Assembly (NCBI GenBank): GCA_041572575.1 | Contig: JBFFSH010000043.1 | Coordinates: 1 to 20,337 of the forward strand | DNA length: 20,337 nt | Direction of reading: 5' to 3' | Source of the DNA: Thermodesulfobacteriota bacterium | GTDB lineage: Bacteria > Desulfobacterota_D > UBA1144 > Nemesobacterales > N074bin48 | The notes under the pieces: model-generated | The model's database searches: none | Seen by the model: the letters and a program-made list of their open reading frames with translations, nothing else | What the model was told of the DNA's origin: nothing | Position numbers and translations under genes: made by a program | Shown: positions 8,528 through 16,611 of the stretch, in pieces | How positions within the stretch are numbered: the stretch's first letter is position 1 | Layout: each line of letters begins with the position of its first letter

Positions 8528-9091
8528 ATGCATAAACTAATTTTACTACTTCTAGGATGTCTAATTTTAATATTAAACGGCATAAATGTTGTTTATTCTC
8601 AGGATATAGAACCTGCTGCGAGGCAAGTTGACACGAGCAAAGAAGCTGCAAGGGGATATAACAACAGGGGGCTATTATATTTAGACAAGAGACTCTATGA
8701 TAATGCAATTAAAGATTTTGATAAAGCCATAGAGTATCACCCGCGCTATGCAGAGGCCTACAATAACAGAGGCCTGGCTTATAACAAAAAAGCCATGTAT
8801 CAGGATGCACTAAATGATCTGATTTCAGCTATTAAAATAGATAAGGCATTTGCCGGTGCTTATGCTAACCGCTGCTTTACTTATATAAATATGGGTGAAT
8901 TACAAAAAGCAGAGCTTGATTGCAGCATGGCTATAAGTCTTGATAAGCAGCTTTATAAAGCCTATTTATATAGAGGGATAATCTATCAGGCTAATGACGA
9001 TAAAGGAAAAGCTAAAGAGGATTTTAATACGGTTATAAACAATAGCTCAGATAATCTGCTGGTTATACAGGCTAAGGCTCTTTTGAAATAA
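8528..9091 (+). CDS. Secreted tetratricopeptide-repeat protein (4 TPRs)
   Basis: Signal-like N-terminus MHKLILLLLGCLILILNGINVVYS, then four 34-aa repeats (GYNNRG..., AYNNRG..., AYANRC..., AYLYRG...). The ORF track starts at 8504; 8528 is preferred from promoter position and signal peptide length. Confidence 0.88.
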   Translation: MHKLILLLLGCLILILNGINVVYSQDIEPAARQVDTSKEAARGYNNRGLLYLDKRLYDNAIKDFDKAIEYHPRYAEAYNNRGLAYNKKAMYQDALNDLISAIKIDKAFAGAYANRCFTYINMGELQKAELDCSMAISLDKQLYKAYLYRGIIYQANDDKGKAKEDFNTVINNSSDNLLVIQAKALLK

Positions 9092-9115
9092 TCTTTTAAA
9101 TTAACCCAAAACAAT

Positions 9116-10480
9116 ATGAAAACACTTCTTTTCCCACCAGGTCCTAAGGGATTACCTCTGCTAGGCTCATCATATCATTACTTTACAGACATACTGGGAT
9201 TTTTAACACACATGCGTAAGACTTACGGTGAGATTGCCTTTTTCAGACTTGGAAAACGAAATATATATATGGTAAGTGACCCGGAGATTGTAAAGGATGT
9301 GCTTGTTACTAACAATAAAAACTTTAGTAAGAGCAGGGCGCTTAAAAGGGCAAAGATGGTCGTGGGTGAGGGACTTTTAACAAGTGAGGCAGAAGTTCAT
9401 CTAAAACACAGGCGTATGATTCAGCCCGTGTTCCTTCAAAGAAGAATATCCAAATATGCATCTGTTATGAGCGAGCACTCTCATAGAATATCAGAAAAAT
9501 GGCACGACGGGCAGATATTGGATATGCACAAGGAGATGATGAAGCTTACATTTAGCATTGTAGTAAAAACGCTTTTTAATTCTGATATTGAAAAAGACCC
9601 TGATGAAATTGGAGCAGCGCTTACAGATGTAATGAAGCAGTTTACAAGGCTTGTTTTTCCGTTTTCAGAGTACCTAGATAAACTGCCACTTCCCGGAGTA
9701 AAAAAATGCAATGATGCTCTTGCAAGTCTCGATAGGACTATATATGAGTTCATTTCGGAAAGGCGAGGCAATGAAGACAAATATGATGACCTGCTTTCAC
9801 TGCTTCTCTCTGTAAGAAGTGAAGACAGTGAGAGCGAAGGATTTTCAGATCAACAAATAAGGGATGAAGCGATTACTCTTTTCATTGCAGGGCAGGAGAC
9901 TACGGCAAATTCACTATCATGGTCTCTGTATTTAATATCTCGGCACCCTGGGATTGATGTTAGATTACATGAAGAGATTAGCTCTGTTCTCAGTGGCAGA
10001 CTTCCCAGCATGGACGATTATAACAAACTGCAATACACAAGGATGGTTTTTACTGAAGCCATGAGGCTTTACCCCCCGGCATGGACTGTAGTTAGGAGAG
10101 CACTATCGGATTATCATTTAAAAGATTATATTGTACCGCAGGGTGATGATATATTTATGAGCCAGTATGTGATACAGCGCGATCCTAAATATTATCCAGA
10201 GCCATTAGAATTCAGGCCGGAGCGCTGGGAAAATGATTATATGAAAACAATACCCAAATTTGCGTACTATCCTTTTGGTGGCGGCCCTAGGCTTTGTATT
10301 GGAGAGGGATTTGCCTGGATGGAAGGAGTACTCGTGCTGGCTACAATACTACAGAACTGGAAGATGAATCTTGTTGATAACAAACCGGTTAAGCCTGATC
10401 CGCTTATCACACTAAGGCCAAAGGGCGGGCTTAAAATGCGACTTGAAAAAAGAGTAAGCCAAAGTCTTAACAACTTCTAA
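9116..10480 (+). CDS. Cytochrome P450
   Basis: N-terminal PPGPKGLPLLG, I-helix AGQETT, K-helix EAMRLYPP, FRPERW, and heme-binding PFGGGPRLCIG. Confidence 0.97.
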   Translation: MKTLLFPPGPKGLPLLGSSYHYFTDILGFLTHMRKTYGEIAFFRLGKRNIYMVSDPEIVKDVLVTNNKNFSKSRALKRAKMVVGEGLLTSEAEVHLKHRRMIQPVFLQRRISKYASVMSEHSHRISEKWHDGQILDMHKEMMKLTFSIVVKTLFNSDIEKDPDEIGAALTDVMKQFTRLVFPFSEYLDKLPLPGVKKCNDALASLDRTIYEFISERRGNEDKYDDLLSLLLSVRSEDSESEGFSDQQIRDEAITLFIAGQETTANSLSWSLYLISRHPGIDVRLHEEISSVLSGRLPSMDDYNKLQYTRMVFTEAMRLYPPAWTVVRRALSDYHLKDYIVPQGDDIFMSQYVIQRDPKYYPEPLEFRPERWENDYMKTIPKFAYYPFGGGPRLCIGEGFAWMEGVLVLATILQNWKMNLVDNKPVKPDPLITLRPKGGLKMRLEKRVSQSLNNF

Positions 10481-10785
10481 ACCATGAGTCCAAACTGCTC
10501 TACAATTACCTCTTTAGCACTTGGGGGGCCCGATACTTTGATTACTGTGTATCCACCTTCGGAAATAACATCGAACTCCAAAAATGGGCAGCACTTTTTT
10601 TCCAGCTGAGTGATGTTATCAACATCTATTATGTTTACTACATTTGAAAAGACGCTGATATCATAACCGTTTTCAGTTTCAATAACGTCTGTTATTGCAA
10701 ACTTCATTTTATCAAAAAGCGCATCTCTCTTTTCCTTTTCCTGTTCGTTTAGATTGTCCAGATTGCATTTTAGTGATTCGCTCAT
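10477..10785 (-). CDS. Small acidic hypothetical protein with N-terminal Cys and E-x-x-CCPF motif (possible metal-binding)
   Basis: 102 aa: LKCNL ... ETENGYDI ... EKKCCPFLEFDV ... VSGP. It is co-oriented 43 nt downstream of the NTF2-like gene. Confidence 0.7.
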   Translation of the reverse strand: MSESLKCNLDNLNEQEKEKRDALFDKMKFAITDVIETENGYDISVFSNVVNIIDVDNITQLEKKCCPFLEFDVISEGGYTVIKVSGPPSAKEVIVEQFGLMV

Positions 10786-10828
10786 AACTAAAATATTAAA
10801 CTAAATGGATTATTTTAACAATATATGC

Positions 10829-11308
10829 TTAATACCCCTCTTCAATTGCTCTGTCCAGACCTTCGGATTTTATTACTTTCCATTCTCCCAGCTTGGTTTT
10901 CTTGAATGTAATTGTGATGTTTTCATAAGATTCGTCTTGTCCAAGCAAACTAAAGAACATATTGGATTTTTTCCCTTTTATGTTCATGTTCAAATTAGCA
11001 ATAGCTATTTTGCTGCCGTCATCAGACTCATTCATGGTTACAGAGAGGCCATCGTATTTAGTCTCAAACTTATCAAATTTTTCAAAGACTTTTTGAACTA
11101 TGTTTTTAACAACAAAAAACGTAGCACCATACTCGTCTCTATAGTCAAAAGAGACGTGTTCTGTGACTCCTTCAAAATTGCCAGCCTCGCCAGCTGCAAT
11201 CATTTTTTTCAAAACCTTTTCAATTTCTGTAGGATCATCAGATGCAGGCCACAAGAAAAATGCGGCTACGGCGATTATCAAAACCGTTATAATAGATAGA
11301 ATTTTCAT
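10829..11308 (-). CDS. Membrane-anchored hypothetical protein, probable NTF2/SnoaL-like fold
   Basis: N-terminal TM (ILSIITVLIIAVAAFFLW), 'EIEKVLKKMIAAGEAGNFEGVTEHVSFDYRD' helix pattern, beta-rich middle and terminal 'GEWKVIK'. The fold assignment is by pattern only. Confidence 0.7.
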   Translation of the reverse strand: MKILSIITVLIIAVAAFFLWPASDDPTEIEKVLKKMIAAGEAGNFEGVTEHVSFDYRDEYGATFFVVKNIVQKVFEKFDKFETKYDGLSVTMNESDDGSKIAIANLNMNIKGKKSNMFFSLLGQDESYENITITFKKTKLGEWKVIKSEGLDRAIEEGY

Positions 11309-11336
11309 ATTATTAATAATAAAGTATTTATTGGAT

Positions 11337-13661
11337 TTATCTATTGTGGGGGAGAATTTTAAGTGATTTATTTTTCAAAACAACTTTGATCATTCCGTCC
11401 TTGCTTGTCTGATATTTCTTAAATTTATAAGACTCGTTAACAATTTTATCCTTCTTAGTAATTAAAACATCGGGTTTGTATGTTTGTATATAATCAATAG
11501 CTGCATAGTCATTATTCATATATGGTAAGTATATAATCTTCTTTATTTGATCATCTGGATTCTTATCATTAAATATTTTAATACTTTGTTTATAGACACT
11601 AGCATCCGTAATCAATAATCTTAAATTTTCATTTTTAATATTTATGGAAACGCTGTTATCCCCGGACAGCTGAGTACCATTGTTTGGACTAAACTGCATT
11701 GTGATATTGGTTTTGCCAAGGTGAAGTGGTTCATATCCTGTTTGTAAATTTATCCATTTTAAATTGGCGCTTTTTATTTCCTCCCATACTTTGGAGTTTA
11801 ATCTCGCTCCATTTGTCCATAAATAATCGGTATTGAATTTACTTATTAAATGGCTTGTACCTTCTAAAATATCCTCATTTGTTTGAGTTAAAATAATATG
11901 ATCAATTTTGGATATACCGGTTTTTAATAAAAACGGAGTGATAACACTTTTTTCAGTAAAACCATTTTGATTAAATCTGGAAATCCCTCCATTTATAAGG
12001 ATATGTTTTCCACTCTGTGTTCTTATAAATACAGTGTTTCTTGTTCCCGAGTCTAAAAAATAAGCCTCGAAATTTTTATTTGTTATGTCCTTAAAGAATC
12101 CAAAAGAAGCCGAAAATAGAAATAAAAAAATAACAGCCGGGGTTAGTAATTTGAGCCATTTGGATCCGGTAGATATGAATGCAAAAATCAAAAATACAGA
12201 CAAATAGTAAAGAGTCACACTTAAATTGTTTAAATATGGCACGGTAACAGACGCTATATTCAAGCTGGACAGGCTCTGCACAAGAGAGAGTAATAAATTT
12301 ATTAGATGATTGTTTGCTTCTATTAAATAAACTGTGGCAGAGCTGCTAATATGAAACAGTATATAGCTTATAAGCCCCAAGGGGACTATAATAAATTCAA
12401 CAAGTGGTATAAAGATGAGATTTGCAGGAACTGAGAGCAGGGATACTATACCAAACGAGTTAATTATTATGGGAAGCGTAAAGATGGTGGCTATAAACGT
12501 AGTTTTAAGGCTTGTAAGAAGCTTATCTTTAAATGTATATATATTTAGAGGATAGTAGTGGTGTATTGTAAGGATTCCCAAAACTGAGAGAAAGGATAGC
12601 TTGAACGATAGATCATAAATAGCTGATGGATCAATCAGAAGAATTATAAAAGCTGAAGCTAATAGCGTGTTTAGTTTATAGTGAGCTCTTCCAATAATTA
12701 TAGATAGTAAATAGACTACGGCCATTATGGTTGCTCTTATAACAGGAGTCGCAAATCCTGATACAAACATGTAGCAAATGATGGGTAAAATAGTAAGTGC
12801 TGCAGTTATTCTCGGCACATTATAATTAAGCAGCAATCTCTCTGATCTTTTAAGCAGCCAGTCAAAAATAAAATAGAAAATAAGGACAATTGCTCCCAGA
12901 TGAAGACCTGATATGGCTAACAGGTGAGATATTCCAAGAGAAGAAAAACTGTTTCTAATCTCATGTGGGATGCCCTTTTTTTCGCCTATCGTGAGTGCGG
13001 AATAAATTTCACTATTTGGAAAACCAAGGTTTGATCTTATAAACCGTACAAAACCCTCTCTGCTTTTTTCTACTAATTCAAAAAATGAAATTTTTGATGA
13101 AGCCCTTCCAAAAGAAATGATATCTGATTTGTCATCTATAAAACCACTTAGGTAAATCTGTTTTCTCTTATAATAATTTTCAACATCAAAATTGCCAGGG
13201 TTTTTGTAGTTTCTGAACTGCTTAAGTTTAATACCTAATATTCGTATCCTGTGCCCTTTGTAAATGCCGTATAGATGTTCGTTTAGAGTTATCATGACCT
13301 TAACATCGAGGTTATGTCTTTTGCCATCAACCGTGGCCATATTTACATGTAAAAAAAGTCTTGAGCTTTGGTCTCTTCTTTCTACTGGTTTAATCAAGAT
13401 GCCTTCAATATCTACTTTATTGTTTACTAAAAGCTCTAAATCTTTTTCATCCGGTGGGCTATGTGTAGAAAATAGTATTCCGAGCGGAATAAACAGGAGG
13501 TATTTAAAGTTTAATTTATAGTAGGTAAGTAAAACAAGTAAGAAGCTTAAAATAATAATGAATTTAAAATCAAGCTCTATATATTCAGTGCTTATAATCC
13601 CTGTAACAAAAAAAAATAGAGGTGAATATACGGGGTTTCTTAAAAGAAAAGATTTAATCAA
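11337..13661 (-). CDS. comEC: ComEC/Rec2 DNA-uptake channel (OB + competence + degenerate MBL domain)
   Basis: NPGNFDVENYY (end of DUF4131/OB domain), GISHLLAISGLHLG, RATIM, SFKLSFLSV, PANLIFIP, then a beta-lactamase-like C-terminus. The start is uncertain: ATG 13685 (ORF track) or in-frame TTG 13661 overlapping the ispF stop. Confidence 0.9.
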   Translation of the reverse strand: MIKSFLLRNPVYSPLFFFVTGIISTEYIELDFKFIIILSFLLVLLTYYKLNFKYLLFIPLGILFSTHSPPDEKDLELLVNNKVDIEGILIKPVERRDQSSRLFLHVNMATVDGKRHNLDVKVMITLNEHLYGIYKGHRIRILGIKLKQFRNYKNPGNFDVENYYKRKQIYLSGFIDDKSDIISFGRASSKISFFELVEKSREGFVRFIRSNLGFPNSEIYSALTIGEKKGIPHEIRNSFSSLGISHLLAISGLHLGAIVLIFYFIFDWLLKRSERLLLNYNVPRITAALTILPIICYMFVSGFATPVIRATIMAVVYLLSIIIGRAHYKLNTLLASAFIILLIDPSAIYDLSFKLSFLSVLGILTIHHYYPLNIYTFKDKLLTSLKTTFIATIFTLPIIINSFGIVSLLSVPANLIFIPLVEFIIVPLGLISYILFHISSSATVYLIEANNHLINLLLSLVQSLSSLNIASVTVPYLNNLSVTLYYLSVFLIFAFISTGSKWLKLLTPAVIFLFLFSASFGFFKDITNKNFEAYFLDSGTRNTVFIRTQSGKHILINGGISRFNQNGFTEKSVITPFLLKTGISKIDHIILTQTNEDILEGTSHLISKFNTDYLWTNGARLNSKVWEEIKSANLKWINLQTGYEPLHLGKTNITMQFSPNNGTQLSGDNSVSINIKNENLRLLITDASVYKQSIKIFNDKNPDDQIKKIIYLPYMNNDYAAIDYIQTYKPDVLITKKDKIVNESYKFKKYQTSKDGMIKVVLKNKSLKILPHNR

Positions 13662-14133
13662 CTTGTTTGAGAAGTGCAGTTGCATAGGCCGCTATTCCTT
13701 CTGCCCTGCCCGTAAACCCAAGCCCGTCGGTTGTTGTTGCCTTTATACTTATTAATGAATCAGCAACTCCGAGTGACTCAGATATTCTGTCTGACATTTT
13801 TGAGATAAAGCTGCTAAGCCTTGGCTTTTCGCATATTATAGTTGTATCAATATTCTCAATAACAAAGCCTTTGGACTTTACGATGTCATAGGACTGTTTT
13901 AATAAAACAAGGCTTGATATGTTTTTGAATTTAGGCTCGGTGCTTGGAAAATGTGTTCCAAGATCACCGCAATTTGCAGCTCCAAGAATCGCATCACAGA
14001 TGCTGTGACAGAGTACATCTGCATCCGAATGCCCGCTAAGCCCATATTTATATGGAATTTCTACCCCACCTATAATAAGTATTCGGTCTTTTGCAAATTT
14101 GTGCGCATCAAATCCATTTCCTATTCTATACAT
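13654..14133 (-). CDS. ispF: 2-C-methyl-D-erythritol 2,4-cyclodiphosphate synthase
   Basis: RIGNGFDAH, GHSDADVLCH, DAILGAA, DLGTHFP, KATTTDGLGFTGRAEGIAA. Start is at 14133 (MYRIG) or 14139. Confidence 0.97.
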   Translation of the reverse strand: MYRIGNGFDAHKFAKDRILIIGGVEIPYKYGLSGHSDADVLCHSICDAILGAANCGDLGTHFPSTEPKFKNISSLVLLKQSYDIVKSKGFVIENIDTTIICEKPRLSSFISKMSDRISESLGVADSLISIKATTTDGLGFTGRAEGIAAYATALLKQVD

Positions 14134-14830
14134 CAGCATGTTCCATTAAATAAAATTCTGCTAGTTTCAGATCATCAGGTGTGGTTATTTTAATATTATT
14201 CTTAGGCCCTGGTACTATTGCCGGCTTTACGCCTAACTCTTCAACCAGGCTTGCCTCATCTGTACAGCTAAGGTTGTTATCAAGTGCGTTTTTGTATGCG
14301 CGCTTAATCAATTCATATTTTATACCCTGTGGAGTCTGAGCAAGCCACAGATTATCTCTTGGTACAGTTTTTTCAATGAGATTTTCTGATGCCTGCTTCA
14401 CGGTATCGCTTACGGATACAGCACATATTGCACAGTCTGAAACTATTGTTTGCTCTATAACTCTGTTTATAGTACTTATATTTACAAGCGGCCTTGCGGC
14501 GTCATGCACTAAAACAATATCTGTTATCTCTGATAATTTTTGAAGTCCATTTAATACGGATTGCTGTCTTGTTTGCCCGCCTTCAGTAATTGTTCTTACT
14601 TTATCAAATTTACCAATTCCTGATAAGTTATTTTTATAAAATTCAATATTATCAGCGGGTAGAACTAACACAATTTCTGAGACCAGTTCGCATCTTTGAA
14701 AGGCATCTATTGAGTAAAATAATATTGGCTTTCCGGCAAGTTGTATAAACTGCTTTTTTTGTCCATTTCCAAAGCGCCTTCCAGTACCGCCTGCTACTAT
14801 AATTGCCGAGATATAATCATTGCTAGCCAT
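14126..14830 (-). CDS. ispD: 2-C-methyl-D-erythritol 4-phosphate cytidylyltransferase
   Basis: AIIVAGGTGRRFG, KQF, GGQTRQQSV, VLVHDAARP, DTVK, QTPQ, TDEASLVE, NIKITTPDDL. Confidence 0.97.
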   Translation of the reverse strand: MASNDYISAIIVAGGTGRRFGNGQKKQFIQLAGKPILFYSIDAFQRCELVSEIVLVLPADNIEFYKNNLSGIGKFDKVRTITEGGQTRQQSVLNGLQKLSEITDIVLVHDAARPLVNISTINRVIEQTIVSDCAICAVSVSDTVKQASENLIEKTVPRDNLWLAQTPQGIKYELIKRAYKNALDNNLSCTDEASLVEELGVKPAIVPGPKNNIKITTPDDLKLAEFYLMEHADV

Positions 14831-15854
14831 TTATTTCAGAAACCATATCGTGTTCTGTTCCTTTTATTTTAGAAAAAACCATCCTTCCGGTTGGAGTCTG
14901 AAGTACGCTTGTAACAGAAACCTGCATTTGTTTTCCTATCTTGTTTCTAGCGTCGTCCACTACAACCATTGTGCCGTCTTCCAGATAGCCAATACCCTGT
15001 TTTTCTTCTTTCCCTTCTTTAGCAATGAGAATATTGATCGTCTCTCCAGGAAGTACTATCGGTTTTAGGGCATTTGAGAGTTCATTTAAGTTTAACACCT
15101 TCACTCCCTGCAGGCCTGCAACCTTATTTAGATTAGAATCGTTTGTTACAATTACTCCATTTATTTTCTTTGCAAGCTCTACTAATTTAAGATCCGCCTC
15201 CCTAATTTTCGGGAAGTCATGGCCTGTGATCTTAATGTTTACAGTAGTAATATCCTGCTGCATTCTTTTTAAAATATCCAGACCTCGTTTCCCTCTTACA
15301 CGCTTTATGGGTTCACCGGAGTCTGCAATATACTGCAGCTCTTTTATAATAAATTTCGGTACTAATACCTCGCCATTAATAAAACCAGCTTCGGCTACAT
15401 CTGCGATTCTACCGTCTATGATAACACTTGTATCAAGTATCATTGACCTAAAAGAACTTTTCTTTGATGAATACTTTCCACCAACTCTGTTATCCGAATC
15501 TGCGCCTTTTTTGATTCCTATTGTTATTCCCGTGTATACAAGAACAAGAAGCGCTGCAACATCTGCGAAAGGTGCATATTCTGCAGGTATTGGTGCAATA
15601 TTCATGAGTTCTTTAATAAGGAAATAAAGTATTGATGCTGCAACTATTCCGCCTGCAATTCCTGCTGCTGATTTAGGAGATATCTCCTCCGTACTTGGTT
15701 CGATGATAAATATAAATACAGCAGCAAGTGCGCCGAATAGAATTGTTATTTTAATACTGAAATCTACATTTTCCGGGTTATAGCTGAAAAAGAATCCCAG
15801 AAAAGTAACTAATGCAAGAACAAGAAGCTTAATTAACATTTCTGCTACCCCCAA
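14823..15854 (-). CDS. YacL-like membrane protein with PIN and TRAM domains
   Basis: Four TM segments, then PIN (ILDTSVIIDGRI, ELQYIADS, RGKRGLDIL, TNDSNLNKVA) and TRAM (GKEEKQGIGYLEDGTMVVVD). It sits in the classic position upstream of ispD. Start is TTG 15854 (GAGAGGA RBS) or ATG 15839. Confidence 0.93.
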   Translation of the reverse strand: MGVAEMLIKLLVLALVTFLGFFFSYNPENVDFSIKITILFGALAAVFIFIIEPSTEEISPKSAAGIAGGIVAASILYFLIKELMNIAPIPAEYAPFADVAALLVLVYTGITIGIKKGADSDNRVGGKYSSKKSSFRSMILDTSVIIDGRIADVAEAGFINGEVLVPKFIIKELQYIADSGEPIKRVRGKRGLDILKRMQQDITTVNIKITGHDFPKIREADLKLVELAKKINGVIVTNDSNLNKVAGLQGVKVLNLNELSNALKPIVLPGETINILIAKEGKEEKQGIGYLEDGTMVVVDDARNKIGKQMQVSVTSVLQTPTGRMVFSKIKGTEHDMVSEING

Positions 15855-15947
15855 GATTAAATTCCTCTCCCCAAGACTTATAATTAATTAAGAAAGTAAA
15901 TTATTAACTAATAGGCATATATCCGTTATGAGGAAAGGTGAAAATTA

Positions 15948-16502
15948 TTATGAATTTTTTGCTGTTATTTTTAGAACTAAACTGACAATTTCATCCCTTA
16001 CTCTTATATACCTGCTTTCACCATACCCGGGACTTTTTGCCCTGCCCTTAATACTTTTATCAGCAATTATCTCACCAGTATGTTTATCTATAAGGTTTAT
16101 TCTTACGGTTACCGAGCTTTTTCCCTTGTCATTTCTTCTGAGAAACCATTCGCAGTATTTACATCCTCTGTTGTAATTTGTAACCTCTCCTTTTACAAGT
16201 AAAATGTTTTTGCCTGAAATATTAGATCTGGGTCTGAAAAATTCAGAGCTTGTACGGGTAATTTCTATATTTTTAAATTGAGATTCAAGAGACTTGGCTA
16301 CCATATCTGGTATAATGGTATTTGAATCATATGGAACCCAGTTCTCTTCGGTTTTGTCAAAGTCAGGAATTTCAATTAATTCATAAGAATAATTAATGTT
16401 ACTGTCAATATTTTTATAACTTATTATCTTAATAGGACTACAACCAGTAAAAATTATTCCGGTAAATATAAAGATAATGATAAATAAGTTCCTAGCTAAC
16501 AT
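15948..16502 (-). CDS. Putative lipoprotein (DUF4410-like)
   Basis: Strong RBS AAGGAGG, signal MLARNLFIIIFIFTGIIFTG-C with lipobox FTGC, and pattern 'LVKGEVTNYNRG...GKSSVTVRINLIDKHTGEII'. The family assignment is from recollection. Confidence 0.75.
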   Translation of the reverse strand: MLARNLFIIIFIFTGIIFTGCSPIKIISYKNIDSNINYSYELIEIPDFDKTEENWVPYDSNTIIPDMVAKSLESQFKNIEITRTSSEFFRPRSNISGKNILLVKGEVTNYNRGCKYCEWFLRRNDKGKSSVTVRINLIDKHTGEIIADKSIKGRAKSPGYGESRYIRVRDEIVSLVLKITAKNS

Positions 16503-16580
16503 AACACCTCCTTTTTTAGAATAATAAATACAATACTTAATTAAAAAAAAAATAAAATAAAATAACAGATTATTATTGAT

Positions 16581-16589
16581 ATTATAACA
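16581..16589 (-). promoter_or_regulatory. Extended -10 promoter candidate for the lipoprotein (and possibly the downstream minus-strand genes)
   Basis: Minus strand TGTTATAAT (TGnTATAAT consensus), 78 nt upstream of ATG 16502, in a very AT-rich divergent gap. Confidence 0.45.
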
Positions 16590-16611
16590 AATAAAATATT
16601 AATTTTGACAG

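Noticed and set aside
10805..11299. 164-aa plus-strand ORF
   Set aside because: It lies antisense to the better-supported TM-anchored gene 10829-11308, with Phe/Cys-rich shadow composition and no motif.
11337..13685. comEC as a pseudogene
   Set aside because: There is no frameshift or internal stop over more than 770 codons, and the channel motifs are intact.
15025..15627. 200-aa plus-strand ORF, and similar ORFs (2824-3312, 4239-4610, 1082-1330, 9481-9780, 19144-19428, 19984-20229)
   Set aside because: These are antisense shadows of well-identified genes, Ser/Ile/Phe-rich with no family motifs.
15849..15876. CCCCAAGA direct repeat at the yacL start (CCAAGACTTA also occurs at 3891)
   Set aside because: There are only two short copies, explainable as G-rich RBS/start sequences on the minus strand. 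It is not a CRISPR or iteron array.
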